Translations under genes and position numbers: made by a program | The notes under the pieces: generated by a model | Told to the model about the DNA's origin: nothing | Database searches by the model: none | What the model saw: the letters and a program-made list of their open reading frames with translations, nothing else | In this document: in pieces, positions 60,795 through 64,000 of the stretch | Layout: each line of letters begins with the position of its first letter | Numbering within the stretch: position 1 is the first letter of the stretch | Assembly: GCF_000315625.1 (NCBI RefSeq) | Contig: NW_005434577.1 | Location: 222,147-286,146, forward strand | Length of the DNA stretch: 64,000 nucleotides | Reading direction: 5' to 3' | DNA from: Guillardia theta CCMP2712 | Taxonomy: Eukaryota; Protista; Cryptophyta

Positions 60795-62846
60795 TCATAT
60801 TGTTTCCGCTGTCTTGCCAGCGAAATATCTTCTTCTGTTCTCTTTCCCCCTCGGCGTGATCTGATCTTTGACGAACCTGACTTGATGTCAGCAACCAATG
60901 CTTCAAATCTATCGCGCTCTTCAACCAGATTGCTCGTTTATGAGGCCCATCTTCTCTAAACACCGTCCGACCGTGAACGTCTTCCTTCCTTCCATACACC
61001 TTCCCTCTCGTCTCAACCAGCAACAAAATCATCAAGTATGCAAAGTACCAAGAGCTTGTCTGTGTAATGCCCTGCCTCCCCATCTAGACCTTCGTACATC
61101 CCGATCCTTTTCACTCCATCAGCTCCGCGGCGAGAAACTCCTGAGCTCTTGTAACTCTCATAGATTGTCTCCTGACATGCGGCAAAGTAAGAAACACCAT
61201 GACAGTCGCAAGCATGCATGATCAGGTCTTGACACCTGTATGGCATGAAACAGGTCCATCCATTGATCCTCGTTGAGATCGCCCACCAACAACCATGGAT
61301 CTAGATTGCTGATTGATACCATCAACAACAATCTCCCCATACAAGAGTCGAACCTTTTGTACAGGCACTCTGACAGGATATAGTTGCCGATTCCACTCGT
61401 CTAATCATCAGGTCATTCTCCTTACAATCGGAATCAAATCTCTTGCCTTCTTCTGATCCATGAGAAAGACTGCAAGGAACCTGGGTGGGTGGGAGGGAAA
61501 AACTTCTTCAACGTTTCATGATAACCTCACGAACAAATCAAACCTTGACTTCTTCTGACGTTTCGCAATCCTGATCGCAAAAAGAACATTGTTACATGAT
61601 CATAACAACAGCTTCAAGGAGTAGAGTACAAGCATACTTGATAAACTCAGATGCGGTCAAGCCGTCAAGAAACGCTGGGCCGATGCTTGCCAATTTGTTC
61701 TCTAGCTCCTACCAAATGCTCTTACGAAGATGAATAGCATCGTTCAATATCGTTACTGCTGGATCCAACGAGAACGTCAGAGTGCCGAAGTTGCGGACAT
61801 CGTTGTAGAAGACGCTCAAGTTTGTGTTTTCATCCTCCTCGTTTTCAATCATCTCCATCATGAATCTTGTGTGGATCTCATTTTCCAGCTTCAACATACG
61901 AGCAAGCAGCGAATCGCAAACACCGTCTCTGTCATGCTCCACCGACCCGACATTCCCAAGGTCGACCAAATGCTCCCATTCAAATCTTTAAACATCCCAG
62001 TGAGGTTTGAAATCCTCAAGGTTCAAAGTTCAAGTTGTCACTAACTCGGCATCTTGGAGGACGAACACAGGAAGTAGATGAATTTTCCCTTGTTCCCCAC
62101 CCTCTCAATCTTGGCAGGAATCATCTTTAACAGGGTAAGAACATCCCAGCATATGACAACAGCACAACAACCCACCTTGTCCTTGAACTCTTCAAAGTTC
62201 GTCGGCAAACCGTTCTCCATGTAACGCCCACTCAAGATCTCCATCTGCGTCGTCCCCTCACCTCTTGTCAACATCGACATCTAATTGTTACCTTGGTTAT
62301 GAGATTCCCTTCAAACCTCGAAAGCTCATCGGCCATCCGCTTGCATTCCGGCCCTTCAGGCATCATGAAGATGTCCAGCGGAGGTCTTCTCCTCGAGTAT
62401 GCTGGTGTGAGATCCCTGGCAGCACGAGAACAAAGGACGGCAGAGCGTCTCAGAGGCGGAGAGTATGGCAACGGAGTCCTGGAGTCGGGCATATAGGGAG
62501 ACATGGGTTGTAGCCTGCAAAGGTGATAGAGTTACTGCATAAAAGCGTTCAATCCTGCTCTGCCTGCCCTGCCCAGCGCCCTGAACTGCCGTACTCTACT
62601 CTGATCTGCTCCGCCCTGCCCTGCTCTTCCCTGCCATCCTCTGCTCTACCCTGTTCTCCCCTGCTCCCGTCTCGTCTCGTCTCGTCTCGTCTCGTCTCGT
62701 CTCGTCTCGTCTCGTCTCGTCTCGTCTCGTCTCGTCTCGTCTCGTCTCGTCTCCTCTCCTCTCCTCTCGTCTCCTCTCCTCTCGTCTCCTCTCCCTCACC
62801 AGCATGTCGCCATCAACGTGATGACTGCAGCGCCACCAGCAATCAT
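60795..62846 (-). CDS. Fpg/Nei DNA glycosylase/AP lyase (zincless-finger type) with predicted bipartite presequence
   Basis: MPEGPE, ILSGRY, NKGKFIYF, IWSTLGMSG, DVRNFGT, IGP.FL, LMDQ, SGIGNY..ECLY, VYGRKED..HKRAIW; first exon MIAGGAAVITLMATC spliced in frame. Confidence 0.9.
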
Positions 62847-63604
62847 GTCGCTCAACTCATCTCCCTCATACCCATCTTGACCCAACTTCCAGGAACCTAC
62901 CCTACCCTACTCCAATCTGATCTATACCACCCTGGTAAATGCATCCATTCCACTACCCCCCACAACTCCAGTTCTCGGTACCCCCTTATTCAAGAGCCTT
63001 TTCTAGGAGTCTTAGAGGGTCAAAGGAGTACCCCTACCACAGGTGGATATTACACGGTACCCCAACCTGTCTCAATGACCCACCCCACCCACGATTTACT
63101 CTTTAGCACCTCACAATGTCCTCCTCCTCCTCCTCTTCTTCTTCTTCCTCTCCTCTCCTCCTTCTCCTTCTCCTCCTCTTCCTCCTCCTCTCCTCCCTCT
63201 TCCTCATGATCGTTTCCTCCTCCTACGTCCTCCTCCCTCTTACCTCCTTTCTACTCATCATCTTCTCCCCTTGTTCTTTCGTACTTGCCTTTTGTTCTAT
63301 CCTTGTTGTCCTATCAATCTTACCTGCCTGCTTTGTTCGCTTCGTCTGCTCTCTTCTCTTGCTCATTCTCTGTTGTTCTGCCTGTTTCTATCTTACGAGC
63401 TGGTTCCATTCGTTAGAATGAGCACGATTTCAACTGGTGTGCATTATCAAGTGAAACTTTGCTTTCGAAAGGTCGCTGAAGCTTCTTTTCTTCCTTGTAA
63501 ACCTCTTCATCTTCTAGTTCTTGCAAATGTTGATAGGAGCAAGAATGACACACAACCCATGAGCTATCAAATTCTGCTTGCAGTAATTGATCACCTGATT
63601 GCAG

Positions 63605-64000
63605 ATGAAAGCTGTACAGTATATTCTTGTGGCAGCATTATTCGCTCTTGCCCATGGCGAGAGGTCTTCCAAGTTGTTTGAGCCGAATGAATACGAAGAT
63701 GAGGCGAAACAACTCCTGTCGACCCGAGAAGCTGAACTTGTAGAGAAAGTTCGCTCGAAGCAAGCCACTCAGGTCATCACATACTCTGTTGTGGTTGATA
63801 GGTGTTTGACCGAGGGAGGGAGGGAGCAGGAGGAGGCAAAGGAGGCGCTGAAAGCATTCTCTGTCCTGTCATCATACAAGATTTACAACGATGTTGTCAA
63901 GAACGCCAAGGATGGGCCCATCAAGAATGAGTTCGAGAGAAAGCTCAAGGACCTGAAGCAGAGGACGACGGACGACAGCGTGAAGGAATCGAACACCATG
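63605..64000 (+). CDS. Hypothetical signal-peptide-bearing helical protein, truncated by the window end
   Basis: MKAVQYILVAALFALAHG followed by charged helical exons joined by a GT-AG intron. Confidence 0.5.
   Translation, partial: MKAVQYILVAALFALAHGERSSKLFEPNEYEDEAKQLLSTREAELVEKVRSKQATQVITYSVVVDRCLTEGGREQEEAKEALKAFSVLSSYKIYNDVVKNAKDGPIKNEFERKLKDLKQRTTDDSVKESNTM

Overview
Intron-dense eukaryotic nuclear DNA. Short GT-AG introns of about 45-70 nt, introns filled with microsatellites, and bipartite plastid-targeting presequences suggest a cryptophyte alga similar to Guillardia; this is an inference. All family assignments come from motif recognition, not database searches. Housekeeping-type genes: the Vps34 PI3K 3' end, two RRM proteins, a single-domain voltage-gated channel with a PH-like region, an LRR protein, an APE2-like AP endonuclease, TrmK, PRELI, a PDZ/coiled-coil protein, a RING-like protein, a GBP-family GTPase, a gamma-carbonic-anhydrase-like protein and an Fpg/Nei glycosylase. 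Mobile DNA: a full-length Ty1/copia element with nearly identical 395-bp LTRs (11135-17377) and a 5'-truncated REL-type non-LTR element. Two features stand out. (1) A minus-strand locus at 2.4-10.5 kb carries two tandem modules of [caspase-like domain + unknown helical domain] directly upstream of an intronless CrfC/YjdA-type bacterial dynamin-like GTPase; canonical splice sites can join all parts in frame. (2) Three intronless genes with basic NLS-like N-termini consist of 18-aa CEHGRxRSxCKxCGGxSI Cys/His repeats whose variation is almost confined to four positions shuffled combinatorially, a TALE-like architecture. Unexplained non-coding patterns also recur: GGGGT(A/G)-motif patches upstream of genes, and a ~47-nt element followed by GC-rich mosaics of palindromic words.
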